Counted from the first letter of the stretch, positions 8,813 to 18,311 are shown. The stretch is 40,019 bases of DNA from Candidatus Sumerlaeia bacterium (GCA_033764015.1 JANRJK010000047.1:1-40019), one strand, 5' to 3'. Translations and numbers: made by a program. Notes: a model not told the origin generated them from the sequence alone.

Positions 8813-10621
8813 CTAGCGAAGGAGCCAGCCGGTTCCCCCAGTCGCACCCGGGCCGTAACGCGCTTCCCAGGACAGTCGAACGGCCAGCCCGGCGTCGAGC
8901 AACCCCCAACCATAGTACGGCGACACGCCGTTCCGGTCGTAGAAGCCGCCCGACTCGTCCAACCGCCAAGAGCTTTGGCGAAGCAGGTCCCGGACCCGTT
9001 CGCGCGGCAAGTCGGGATTCACCGAAAGCATCAGCGCGACCGCGCCGGCGACCTGCGGCGCCGCCGCCGAGGTGCCGCCGAAGGTCGCCGTGTAGTCGCC
9101 GAACAAATCCCCCGATTCCGCCGCCGCGTTCTCCGCCGGATTCGCGCCGATCAGCTCGATCGGGCGCCGCACCGCACCGGTCCCCTCGTCCGAGTTGTAG
9201 AGTTCGATCCGCGGGCCGTTGTCCTTGGCGAGGTACAGCAGCAGCGGCGCGCTCCGCTCCTGCGCGATATCGATGCGCAACTCGTAGGCCACCGGCTTGC
9301 CCGCCCCGTCGAACGCTAGGGTCGAGTTGTACGAGCGCGCTTCAATCGAGCCGTCAAACACATGAGGCGTGGTCGACGCCTGCTCGGTCCAAGCGCCGGT
9401 CTCGTCCTGGAAGCGCAACGACCAGCCCTCGAACACGCCGGTGTTGCCGGTGCCATTGAGTGCGATCAGCAGGTAGTCGCCGGCGATCGAGCCTTGCAGC
9501 AGGAACCCGAGCGACTGGCGCCCGCGCGCTCCCGAGGTGTAGCCGAGCACCCCGACGCGGTCCGTCGTCAGGATTCCGCGCGTCGTGGCGCCGTCCGGGG
9601 GCCAGTTGAACCCGGCGTCCCCGCGGCTCGGCGCCACCAGGTCGAGCGCCGCGCCCGAGTTCGAGTACGCCGCGCGCCTCCCCTGGTCCGTGACCGCGCC
9701 CACCGCGAGCACCGACTCCTGCTCCTGCAACCGCGGGATCGCGGCGAGATTATCGTTACCTGACGAAAAGACGATGGTGGTGCCGAGCCCTCCGCGCCCC
9801 TCCTCCGCCAGCGCCGCGATGGCGTCCGCGAGCGCGTCGCTCAGCAGCGTGGGGTCCGAGTACCCCCAACTGCAGTTCACCACATCCGCCCCTTCGTCGA
9901 TGAGGCGCAGGAAGCCCGCGGCGAGTTCCCCCTCCGAGGCGCGGTAAACCCCCGCGACCGGAAGCAGCCGCACATTCGGCGCAATGCCCGTGATGCCGAA
10001 GTCGGCGCTCGTCTCCGCTCCCACGATCCCCGCGACCGCGTGGCCGTGCCGCGAGCTGTCGTAGTCCGGCCCGCCGTCCGCCTCCGCTTCCACCACATTG
10101 AACCCCGGGAGCAGCTTCCCGGGCGCGGCGAACTCCGGGTGGGCTCCCTCGATCCCATCGTCGAACACCGCGACGACGATCTCCGGGGTCCCGCGCGTGA
10201 ACGCCCATGCCTCTTCCACGCCGATATCGATGTTGCCGACGGCGCCTTCCTGGCCTGTGTTCCGCAGATTCCACTGCTCCGGATAGAGGCCGTCCGCCGC
10301 GGGGCCGTGCGGCGACTTCTCGGCGAAGTAGTCGGGGTGCGCCCAAAGCACGTCGGGATCCGCGGCGAGGGATTTCGCGAGCGCGGCCGCGTCCGCCGCC
10401 GGCGCCGGGATCGACTGCCACCGCGCGTCGCCGCTGCGAAGCGGCCGGGGCGCGGAGCGGCCCGGCGCGCGGCGCGCCGCCACCGTCGCCGCGTCAGCGC
10501 CCGGGCGAAGGCGGACGAGCACCCGGTCGCGCGGCTCCGGGACCATTCGCGCGGGTTCGCGCGCGTCCGCGGGAGCGTTCGCGACGATCAGCAGCAGCGC
10601 GGCGGCGGCGGCGCGCAGCAT
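8813..10621 (-). CDS. Secreted S8 (subtilisin-like) serine peptidase with an inserted domain
   Basis: Signal peptide; catalytic triad motifs VAVFDDG, RHGHAVAG, FGGTSAAAPQVAG; oxyanion SSGND; ~140-aa insert before the catalytic Ser. Confidence 0.92.
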   Translation of the reverse strand: MLRAAAAALLLIVANAPADAREPARMVPEPRDRVLVRLRPGADAATVAARRAPGRSAPRPLRSGDARWQSIPAPAADAAALAKSLAADPDVLWAHPDYFAEKSPHGPAADGLYPEQWNLRNTGQEGAVGNIDIGVEEAWAFTRGTPEIVVAVFDDGIEGAHPEFAAPGKLLPGFNVVEAEADGGPDYDSSRHGHAVAGIVGAETSADFGITGIAPNVRLLPVAGVYRASEGELAAGFLRLIDEGADVVNCSWGYSDPTLLSDALADAIAALAEEGRGGLGTTIVFSSGNDNLAAIPRLQEQESVLAVGAVTDQGRRAAYSNSGAALDLVAPSRGDAGFNWPPDGATTRGILTTDRVGVLGYTSGARGRQSLGFLLQGSIAGDYLLIALNGTGNTGVFEGWSLRFQDETGAWTEQASTTPHVFDGSIEARSYNSTLAFDGAGKPVAYELRIDIAQERSAPLLLYLAKDNGPRIELYNSDEGTGAVRRPIELIGANPAENAAAESGDLFGDYTATFGGTSAAAPQVAGAVALMLSVNPDLPRERVRDLLRQSSWRLDESGGFYDRNGVSPYYGWGLLDAGLAVRLSWEARYGPGATGGTGWLLR

Positions 10622-10627
10622 CGCGCG

Positions 10628-11389
10628 TCAGCCCCCGGACTTGCGGAACAGGTCGAGCACCGCCTGCGCGGCGTTCAGCGGCGCGGCGGCGCGCTTCGGG
10701 CGGTACCAGTCGCGCATCACCGCACGGAGCTGCCGCTGCTCCCAGGCCCGCGCCAGCTCGTAGTGCGGAAACGCGGTCTCGACCACGTAGAAGTCGCGCG
10801 AGTGGTGCCGCAGACGCCCCGCCGAGTCGGGCCGCGACGGCACGAACGCGTGCGTCAGCTCATGGTAGATCACGTAGTCGATGTAGTACGTCGGCACGCG
10901 GGGATCGTCCAGCAGGGGGTGGATCAGCACGGTCCGGTGCGCGGCGTCCCACAGGCCGAGCGTCACGCGGCGCGGCACCTCGCCGCGGCGCACCGGCTTG
11001 GACCAGACGATGTGGAAATCGAGGCGCGCCTCGAAGAAGCTCCGGTTCACCGCGTCCGCCCGCTCCCGCAGGTCGAAGACGCGGCCCTCCGCGGTGCCGC
11101 TCCGGCGCTCGCGGAGCCGCTTCTTGGACACGAGCTGGCTGTGGTGCTCCGCCAGGAACGCGCGGATGGCGGTGCGCACCTCCGGCGTCGGCTTCACGCA
11201 GAAGCGCGCGATGACCGGCCGCAACTCGTCGCCGTGCTCCAGGAAGACCCGGTGCAGCGAAACCCGCAGCCCCGGCCCGGGAGGATCCGGGACCACCCTC
11301 AACGGGACGCTGGCGCTGTCGCTCACGCGCAGGCGGACGGGGCGTCCCGTGGCTTCGCTCAGGTAGCGCCTCAACTCTTCCGCGAACAT
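10628..11389 (-). CDS. SprT/YgjP-like zinc metallopeptidase domain protein
   Basis: VTLGLWD...IHPLLDDPRVPTYYIDYVIYHELTH (HExxH) and a downstream HHSRDF. Confidence 0.75.
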   Translation of the reverse strand: MFAEELRRYLSEATGRPVRLRVSDSASVPLRVVPDPPGPGLRVSLHRVFLEHGDELRPVIARFCVKPTPEVRTAIRAFLAEHHSQLVSKKRLRERRSGTAEGRVFDLRERADAVNRSFFEARLDFHIVWSKPVRRGEVPRRVTLGLWDAAHRTVLIHPLLDDPRVPTYYIDYVIYHELTHAFVPSRPDSAGRLRHHSRDFYVVETAFPHYELARAWEQRQLRAVMRDWYRPKRAAAPLNAAQAVLDLFRKSGG

Positions 11390-11525
11390 GGCTCCGCCGG
11401 TGCGGCTCCTCTCCGGATGCTTCCGACTTGGATTATTCGAGCGGCGCGCTCAAAATCAAGAAGTGATAGCCCTCCGCGCGCCCGTGGCCATCGTCGCCGC
11501 AACACCACCCGCCGGAGATGCCCCG

Positions 11526-11918
11526 ATGCCCGAACGCCTGCACCATGGAACCGGAACCGCCTGGGAGGCGCGCGTCGGCTACAGCCGCGCCGTGCGCGCC
11601 GGAAACTGGATCGCCGTGGCGGGCACCTGCGCCATCGGCCCCGACGGACGCGCGGTCGCGCCCGGCGACGGCGGCGCGCAGGCGCGCTTCGTCTTCGCGC
11701 GCATCGAGGAGGCGCTCCGCGCCCTCGGCTCCAGCCTCGGCGACGTGGTCCGCACCCGGATGTACATCACCGACCTCCGCCATGCGGAAGCCGTCGGCGC
11801 CGCCCATGGCGAGCTCTTCCGTGCGGTCCGGCCCGCGTCGACCATGCTGGTCGTAGCCGGGCTGGTGGACCCGGAGCTGGTGGTGGAGATCGAAGTGGAC
11901 GCGCTGGCGGGGGAGTAG
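11526..11918 (+). CDS. RidA/YjgF family protein
   Basis: WEARVGYSRAVRAG, DVVRTRMYITD, RPASTMLVVAGLVDPELVVEIEVDA. GGAG lies upstream of ATG 11526. Confidence 0.9.
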   Translation: MPERLHHGTGTAWEARVGYSRAVRAGNWIAVAGTCAIGPDGRAVAPGDGGAQARFVFARIEEALRALGSSLGDVVRTRMYITDLRHAEAVGAAHGELFRAVRPASTMLVVAGLVDPELVVEIEVDALAGE

Positions 11919-11922
11919 CCGT

Positions 11923-12978
11923 TCAGCGCAGCGCGGTCTCGTCGTCGAACAGGCCCTTGCCCGAGGGCCCGAGTCGGTCCGTGATCGTCGGCGAGTCGCG
12001 CGGGATCACCTGAGTCAGCACGGGATCGCTCCAGATCCGGTTGAAGAGCCGCGTCGTCGCGGGCTCCTCTTTGTAGGAAGACCGGTTGTTGAGGAGCGAC
12101 ACCCAAACGTCCTCGCAAACCGGGGTTCCCGCGGCCCCGGTGGCGAGCGCCTCCAGGCGCGCGAGCCCCGCGGCCCGGGTGTCGTCCGAGAGCGTTTCGT
12201 AGAACGCGGCGGTGAAGAGCAGCCGCGGCGCGATCATCGCCGACGGCCCCGCCTCCGCGGCCTGCCGGACCAGGTCGTAGTGCCGCGGCGTCATCTGGTT
12301 CGGCGCCATGATGCCCAGATAGCTGGAAGGATCCTTCCCGAGGATCTTCCGTGCCGCCGCGTCGTCCCCGGAAGCGGGGAGCACCTCGACCGGGAAGCTG
12401 CCCAAGACCACGACCGGGTGCGGTGGAGGTTCATCCTTCGACAGGGCGCGCATGGCGACATCGACGGTCCAAACGCCGGGCCAGTCGAACAGGGCGCCGC
12501 TCACCGTCTCCGGATCCGCGAGCAGTTCCCAGTCGCGGCGGTTGATCTCGCCCGGAGCGAGTTCGAGCACCGTGGTGGGGATGATCGCGCCGGGAGCGAT
12601 CGGCTTGTACTCGAAGGGGCGTGTGCGCGGGGGCGTCACGCGCACGATCAGGTCGTAGCCGAACAGGAGCTGGCCGCGCATCTCCTGCTTTTCCGCGGCG
12701 CGGTTCTCGAACTCGATCCGAAGGCGCAGCGGGGCGCCCTCGGGAAGGCGGGGATTCAGGAGCGTCGCCCGGCGGTGCACGCCCCGGCCCTCGACCCACT
12801 CGCCACTGAGGGGCGCATCGTATCCCGGGGCTGCCGGGCCGCCGGCCATTGCGCGCATCGGCGCGGCGGGCGCCGTCAGGATGGACTCCGGCGCGGGGGG
12901 CTCCCAGCCTGCCAAGGGGTCGGCGGCGGCCCGCAGCGCGGCGGCGGCGAGAAGGATCGTCAGCAGGGCATGCTTCAT
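11923..12978 (-). CDS. Hypothetical exported protein
   Basis: Signal peptide MKHALLTILLAAAALRAAA; beta-rich N-half and helical C-half; lies directly downstream of lptB. Confidence 0.7.
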   Translation of the reverse strand: MKHALLTILLAAAALRAAADPLAGWEPPAPESILTAPAAPMRAMAGGPAAPGYDAPLSGEWVEGRGVHRRATLLNPRLPEGAPLRLRIEFENRAAEKQEMRGQLLFGYDLIVRVTPPRTRPFEYKPIAPGAIIPTTVLELAPGEINRRDWELLADPETVSGALFDWPGVWTVDVAMRALSKDEPPPHPVVVLGSFPVEVLPASGDDAAARKILGKDPSSYLGIMAPNQMTPRHYDLVRQAAEAGPSAMIAPRLLFTAAFYETLSDDTRAAGLARLEALATGAAGTPVCEDVWVSLLNNRSSYKEEPATTRLFNRIWSDPVLTQVIPRDSPTITDRLGPSGKGLFDDETALR

Positions 12979-13013
12979 CGCGATGTGTCGCTCCTAGGTT
13001 GCGGAAGGCGGAC

Positions 13014-13793
13014 TCAGGGCGCCGTGGGCGCCGGCGTCTCGCTCGGCTGCTGGTCCGCCAGCAAGTCGCGCACGATGCGGTCGGTGATGTACGCGCGGCG
13101 GATTTCTTCGTTCTGCGCGATGTCCGACACCGTGCCGGAGACAAGGACTTGGCCTTCGTGCATCAGGTAAGACCGGTCAGTGACATAAAGCGTCTCGCGG
13201 ACGTTGTGGTCCGTGATGAGGATGCCCAGCCCGCGCTCCTTGAGCTTCTTCACGATCGCCTGCAGGTCCTCCACCGTCTTCGGGTCGATGGCGGCGAACG
13301 GCTCGTCGAGGAAGATGATCTTGGGTTCCAGCGCGAGCGCCCGCGCGATCTCGACGCGGCGCTTCTCTCCGCCGGAGAGGGTTCCCGCGAGTTGGCGCGC
13401 GACGCCCCCGAGGCCGAGGTCCTCGATCAGCTCGTCCGTGCGCTCGCGGATCTGCGCCCGCTTGAGGCCGTGCGGTTCGAGGATCGCGCGCAGGTTCTCG
13501 CGGACCGTCATCTTGCGGAAGACACTGGTTTCCTGGCAGAGGTAGCTGATGCCGAGGCGCGCCCGCTCCTGGATGGCGAGGCGCGTGATGTCGCGGTCGC
13601 CGATGTGCACGCTGCCCTTGGTCGGTCGCGTGAAGCCCACCATCATCTTGAAGGTCGTTGTCTTGCCCGCGCCGTTGGCCCCCAGCAGGCCGACGATTTC
13701 CCCCTGCTTAACCTCGAGCGAAACCCTGTCGACAACGGTCTTCGTGCCGTAGGTTTTCACTAGGTTCTGGGTGTGCACTCGGATCGGCTGCAT
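13014..13793 (-). CDS. lptB: LPS export ABC transporter ATP-binding protein
   Basis: GEIVGLLGANGAGKTT, YLCQETSVFRKMTV, LSGGEKRRVEIARAL, LDEPFAAIDP, GILITDHNVRETL. Confidence 0.92.
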   Translation of the reverse strand: MQPIRVHTQNLVKTYGTKTVVDRVSLEVKQGEIVGLLGANGAGKTTTFKMMVGFTRPTKGSVHIGDRDITRLAIQERARLGISYLCQETSVFRKMTVRENLRAILEPHGLKRAQIRERTDELIEDLGLGGVARQLAGTLSGGEKRRVEIARALALEPKIIFLDEPFAAIDPKTVEDLQAIVKKLKERGLGILITDHNVRETLYVTDRSYLMHEGQVLVSGTVSDIAQNEEIRRAYITDRIVRDLLADQQPSETPAPTAP

Positions 13794-13902
13794 GGCGGCT
13801 CCGGAAAGGCTTGTGACTCGGCGCGGCGGCCCGTTCGTTGTCTATCGGCCCTCGCGCGAGGTGTCGCAAGCAGCTTCCATTCCGGAGATCCCCGCAGACC
13901 CC

Positions 13903-15927
13903 ATGCCGCAGGCCGCCCCGCCAGACCGCGCCGCGCCGGCGCGACTCGTGCGCGTCCCCCGTGCGATCACCGGCGCCGGCCTCCTGCGCTACTGGACGCC
14001 GCGGGTCGCCATCGCCGCTCTGGCCGCCGCCCTTCTCTATCTGTTCAACTGGGGCGGAACCCCATATAGCAAGATCCTCTACCCTGCGGCCTTCTGCGTC
14101 GGACTCCTCCGCCCGGTGTGGGCGTTGTATGCGATCGCGCTGTTCGGACCGCTCTTCTTGAACGATCCTGGCAACACGCACCTCCTTGTCACTCTGGAGG
14201 TTTTCCTCCTCGGAGCGTTCAGCGGCTACGTCCGGCTTCGCTCCATCGACGGACTCGGCGCCGCCGGCGACGCGCCGCCGGGGAGCCCCGCCGGGCCCTG
14301 GCCCGCCTGGGCCGCCTCGATGGCGATGCTCGTCGGAGCCTCCGCCATCGTCGGAGCGCGGCTCGTGCTCCTCCGCGAGGACGCCTTCGCCGGCCGCGAG
14401 GACACCGTGTTCGCCACCGCCATGAACGTCTTCTATGGCTGGTCCACCATGCCGGACTGGGGCCTGCGCGCGCTCTGGAACTGGTGGACCGCGATCCTGG
14501 CGGCGTTCCTCGCGGCGCGCTTCGCCACGCCGCTGGTGGCCGCGCGATGGCTCAAGCTCGCCGGCCTCGGGCTCGCCGCCGCCTGCGCCGCGGCGTTCCT
14601 CGACCGCTTCGGGCTCATCGACCTCGACACCTTCCGCCGTCCCAACCCGGATCCGCTCCATGCGGGGCGCCTGCAGGGGCTAGGCGGGCACGCGGGGTGG
14701 TTCGGCATGTGGATCGTCGCCTGTTGGCCCGGCCTCGCCTTGTGGCTCGCGGTGCCTAGCCGCAAGTTCCGCCTCGTGATCGCTTCCGTGCTGCTTTTCC
14801 TGGTGGCGCCGGCCCTGATCCTGACCGCGGCGCGGGCGAGCTGGCTCGGCGTCGGCCTCGGCGTCGCCCTCGGCGCCGCCTACCTCTACCGCCGTGAGCG
14901 CGCCGTCCGCCCCTGGATGTTCATCGGCGTCGCCCTCGCCGCTGCCCTTTTCGCGGTCGCCGCCCTCTTCAGCGACGTCGTCTCGCGGCGCATCGAGAAC
15001 CTGCTCCGCGTCGGCGACCGCCTGAACTACTACTCCAGCGGCGCCACGATGCTCCGCGAGTACCCCTTCGGCACCGGCCTCGGCACGCACTACCTCTACT
15101 ACGAATCGCTCTTCCTGCCCTGGCCCGTCTCGGCGCACTACCAGTTCGACCACGTCAGCGCCCATTCCTACCCGCTGCAGATCCTCATCGAGAACGGCCC
15201 AGCGGCGCTCGCGCTGCTGCTGCTCGGCGGACTGCTCCTCGCGCGGGATCTGCGGCGCGCCTGGCCGCGGCTGGCGCCCGATCCCCAGCGCACCGCCCTC
15301 GCGCTCCTGTGCTCCGTTGGGGGGCTCCTGGTGGTGGGCGTCGCGCAGTACCTCGGCGACATCCGCGTGATCGAACTGACGCTATGGGTCGGCGCCGGGC
15401 TGCTCGCGGGCTTGCTGCGCCGCGGCGCGCCGGACGCCTTCGCCGCCGAGTCGCCCCGCACCGCCGCGCGCGCCATCCTCGCGGCGTCCGCGGTCGCGGC
15501 CTTCGCCACCGCCTCGGCCAACTTGTCGCGCCCCATCACCGGGCAATACCCCCGCGCCGCCGAGTGGCACCCCGAAACCGCGGGCTGGCAGATCTGGACC
15601 GACCGCGTCTGGCGCTTCCCCGTCGATCCCGATGTCTCCGAGGTGCGCTTCTCCGCCTACCGCAAGCACGCCCCCGCGACGGTCACGGTCCGCTGGCCCG
15701 ATGGACACGAGGAGACGGCGACGATCGGACCCGAGGGGCAGCACTCCTTCGCCCGGACGCTCGAGCACGGCGCCCCGTCCCGCTTCGCCCCCCGCCGCTG
15801 GCTCGAGGTGCGCGTGGACAGCACCTTCGCGCCGAGAGACTACGATCCCGAGAGCACCGACTATCGGCGCCTTGGGGTATTCATCTGGGGCTTCATGATG
15901 GAGCGCGCCCCCGCTCAGGGGACGTAG
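13903..15927 (+). CDS. O-antigen ligase/Wzy_C-family membrane protein with an extra C-terminal soluble domain
   Basis: Many TM segments, RLQGLGGHAGW, LTAARASWLG, PFGTGLG, SAHSYPLQILIENG. Start uncertain; ATG 13903 chosen. Confidence 0.8.
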   Translation: MPQAAPPDRAAPARLVRVPRAITGAGLLRYWTPRVAIAALAAALLYLFNWGGTPYSKILYPAAFCVGLLRPVWALYAIALFGPLFLNDPGNTHLLVTLEVFLLGAFSGYVRLRSIDGLGAAGDAPPGSPAGPWPAWAASMAMLVGASAIVGARLVLLREDAFAGREDTVFATAMNVFYGWSTMPDWGLRALWNWWTAILAAFLAARFATPLVAARWLKLAGLGLAAACAAAFLDRFGLIDLDTFRRPNPDPLHAGRLQGLGGHAGWFGMWIVACWPGLALWLAVPSRKFRLVIASVLLFLVAPALILTAARASWLGVGLGVALGAAYLYRRERAVRPWMFIGVALAAALFAVAALFSDVVSRRIENLLRVGDRLNYYSSGATMLREYPFGTGLGTHYLYYESLFLPWPVSAHYQFDHVSAHSYPLQILIENGPAALALLLLGGLLLARDLRRAWPRLAPDPQRTALALLCSVGGLLVVGVAQYLGDIRVIELTLWVGAGLLAGLLRRGAPDAFAAESPRTAARAILAASAVAAFATASANLSRPITGQYPRAAEWHPETAGWQIWTDRVWRFPVDPDVSEVRFSAYRKHAPATVTVRWPDGHEETATIGPEGQHSFARTLEHGAPSRFAPRRWLEVRVDSTFAPRDYDPESTDYRRLGVFIWGFMMERAPAQGT

Positions 15928-16487
15928 CGCGCCGTCCGGCTCACGTCGCCCCGCGACACGGAGCCGTTCGTCGGATCGTAGATCCACGACTCCGAAATCG
16001 CGGTTAGCCCGTTGACGTGGAATTCGTTCCGCACATCGTTCGACTCGTTGACGCTGTCGGGTCCGCGGCTTCGGAGCAGCCACCGGTGCGTCGGAACCGC
16101 CGGGGCCAGCGGGTGCGTGTCGTCGAAACTGGCAAAGTTGGTGTACGAGTAGTAGATCCCCGAGCCACCCTGCCCCCCCGCCGGTTCCGTCACGAAGGGA
16201 TCCACCGTCGCGGCGATCGACGTCATGAAGGCCACCGGCGTCGTCAGGATCACATAGCGCTCCGGGTAGGCAATCTCCCCCGCGCCGGAGCGGTGCGGCG
16301 GGTACCGGTTGCTGTCCACACCGTAGCTCTCGATCGCGGTCGCGAGCGTGCGTAGGTCGGACTTGGCGCGCGACACTTTGGCGCGCACCTGCGCCTCCAG
16401 GAAGTTCGGCACCGCGATCGCCGCCAGGATCGCGATGATCGCCACGACGATGAGGAGCTCGATCAGGGTGAAGGCGCGTCGCCTCAT
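15915..16487 (-). CDS. Prepilin-type N-terminal cleavage/methylation protein (GspG/pilin-like, YDPTNG family)
   Basis: MRRRA|FTLIELLIVVAIIAILAAIAVPNFLEAQVRAKVSRAKSDL; C-terminal SRGPD...YDPTNGSVSRGDV. Confidence 0.93.
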   Translation of the reverse strand: MRRRAFTLIELLIVVAIIAILAAIAVPNFLEAQVRAKVSRAKSDLRTLATAIESYGVDSNRYPPHRSGAGEIAYPERYVILTTPVAFMTSIAATVDPFVTEPAGGQGGSGIYYSYTNFASFDDTHPLAPAVPTHRWLLRSRGPDSVNESNDVRNEFHVNGLTAISESWIYDPTNGSVSRGDVSRTARYVP

Positions 16488-17857
16488 TCGGTAACTCCAG
16501 GGCCTGCGGGGTGGATGCGGCGGAGCGATGCCACCATCGCCGCCGCCAGCGCCAGCGTCGCGACCGGGCGCTGGACGAAGTACGCCACCCCGAGCGATTC
16601 AGCGAGGATGTTGCCGGTGTAGCCCGCCTTCTGCCAGAAGTACCAAAGGGACGGCGCCCCCGCGGCGCACCAGACAAGCAGCGCCAGCCGCGCGGAGATC
16701 CGTCCGCGCACTAAGAGGAACGCGGCGAGCGCTTGCACCAGCGCCGTGTGGTGCTCCCAAGCGTCGCGGAAGACGACGAACCAGGTGAGCCAGAAGATCG
16801 CCAGCGCCGCCTCGTCCGGAGCGCGCCGGGTCCGCCACCACGCCCACACGCACAGCGCCCCCCACAGCAGGATGATCGCCGCCGACGCGTAGGCGACCGG
16901 GTCGCGCCCGGGTGCCAGCCGCTCGAAGCCGCCCGGCGGAAGCATCGCCAGCCCCTGCGCCTTCCAAGCCAGCACGTTGACCAGCGCTTGCACCCCTTGC
17001 GCGCCGGCGTAGGGCACGTCCATCGCCCCGACCAAGCGCCCGCGGACGCCAGCGCCGCCGAGCCCCTCGGAAAGGCCGCTCGGCGTCGCCGCGAAGTACG
17101 CCAGCGGCGGCACCGCCAGCGCGAACGCGACCACCACCGCGCGCCGTCGTCCCCAGGACCACAGCAGCAGCGCGAACCCGAGCGGATACACCTTCACCAG
17201 CGCGCCCAGCACCCACGCCGCGCCCGCCAAGCGCCCACCCTCGAACAGCCGCAGCGCGAACCAGAAGAGAAGCGTCGCCATGAAGAGCGTGAATTGGCCG
17301 AGATGGAACTCCGGCACCAGCGGGAACCAGCAGAACCACAGCAGCGCGAACACCCACAGCAGCCCGGGGCGACGCCCCGCGCATGCCAGGAATCCCGCCA
17401 CCGGCATCAGCCAAAGAAGCGCGACCCACGCCTTCCAGGCGGGCTCCGGCGGCAGCGCGTTCAGCGGCACCCCGAGCCAGTACGCCGTCACCGGCAGGTA
17501 GCGGAACGTCGTCTTGTACGGCGCGCGGAGCGGCGGGTCCGCGTCGCTGCCGTAGGGATCGAGCCCCGCCAGCACGCGCGAACCCGCGTTGTAGATCGAG
17601 TAGAAGTCGAGGCCGGGGCTGTGCCGGATCAGGTAGCCGGCGTCCACGGAAAGCGGGGCCCAGATGCTGCCTTGGTCTCGCGGTTCGACACCGGGGCGGC
17701 GCACGTCGTGGAGCGGACCGCGCCCGAATGGAAGGAAGCTGGCATACAGCAGGATCAGCAGCGCGAAGGCGGCCCGTTGCCAGCGGGGGAGCGCACGCAC
17801 CGCCGAGGCCGCGCGCCTCCAAATCGCGAACTCCCCCTCCTGCGCGTCAGAGCGCAA
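16484..17857 (-). CDS. GT87/DUF2029-like membrane (GT-C) glycosyltransferase
   Basis: DFYSIYNAG...DPY...FRYLP, LGQFTL, ALVKVYP, WEHH; multi-TM. Stop overlaps the pilin ATG. Probable TTG start at 17857. Confidence 0.75.
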   Translation of the reverse strand: MRSDAQEGEFAIWRRAASAVRALPRWQRAAFALLILLYASFLPFGRGPLHDVRRPGVEPRDQGSIWAPLSVDAGYLIRHSPGLDFYSIYNAGSRVLAGLDPYGSDADPPLRAPYKTTFRYLPVTAYWLGVPLNALPPEPAWKAWVALLWLMPVAGFLACAGRRPGLLWVFALLWFCWFPLVPEFHLGQFTLFMATLLFWFALRLFEGGRLAGAAWVLGALVKVYPLGFALLLWSWGRRRAVVVAFALAVPPLAYFAATPSGLSEGLGGAGVRGRLVGAMDVPYAGAQGVQALVNVLAWKAQGLAMLPPGGFERLAPGRDPVAYASAAIILLWGALCVWAWWRTRRAPDEAALAIFWLTWFVVFRDAWEHHTALVQALAAFLLVRGRISARLALLVWCAAGAPSLWYFWQKAGYTGNILAESLGVAYFVQRPVATLALAAAMVASLRRIHPAGPGVTE

Positions 17858-18311
17858 TCGTCGCCAGTTCCCGGAAGAAGTGCTCGCGGTCGTGCTGCTC
17901 CTCGATCGCCGCGCCGACTGACTTCGCCCGGTCCGCGAAGCGCCGCGCGGCCTCCTTCTCGCCAAGCGCCGCGTGCGCGCGCGCCATCGCCTCGTGGGCG
18001 AAGGCCACGTCGAAGCCGCCGAGCCGCGCCGCCTCCGTCACCTCGAGGCAGCGCCGCGCGTGGTACAGCGCCGGCTCGCCCCGCCCCAGGATCGCATACA
18101 CCCGCGAGACCTGCCACTCGCCCCGCGCGATGTTCACTTCCGTGCCGGCGATCTCCCAATGGAATCGCGACGCGTGCGCCATGTGGATCATCCGGTCCGC
18201 CTCGTCCCGCGAGCGGTCCTTCTTCTCCATCAGGTCCCAGGTCGCATTGAAGTAGCTCACCGCGAGCTTGCGGTGCGCCATCGCGTCGAGCACTTCGCCG
18301 CTTCCATCCAT
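17847..18311 (-). CDS. Hypothetical all-alpha (TPR-like) protein
   Basis: HRKLAVSYFNATWDL...MIHMAHASRFHW...ARGEWQVSRVYA...FAHEAMARA; fits the minus-strand operon. Confidence 0.8.
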   Translation of the reverse strand: MDGSGEVLDAMAHRKLAVSYFNATWDLMEKKDRSRDEADRMIHMAHASRFHWEIAGTEVNIARGEWQVSRVYAILGRGEPALYHARRCLEVTEAARLGGFDVAFAHEAMARAHAALGEKEAARRFADRAKSVGAAIEEQHDREHFFRELATIAL

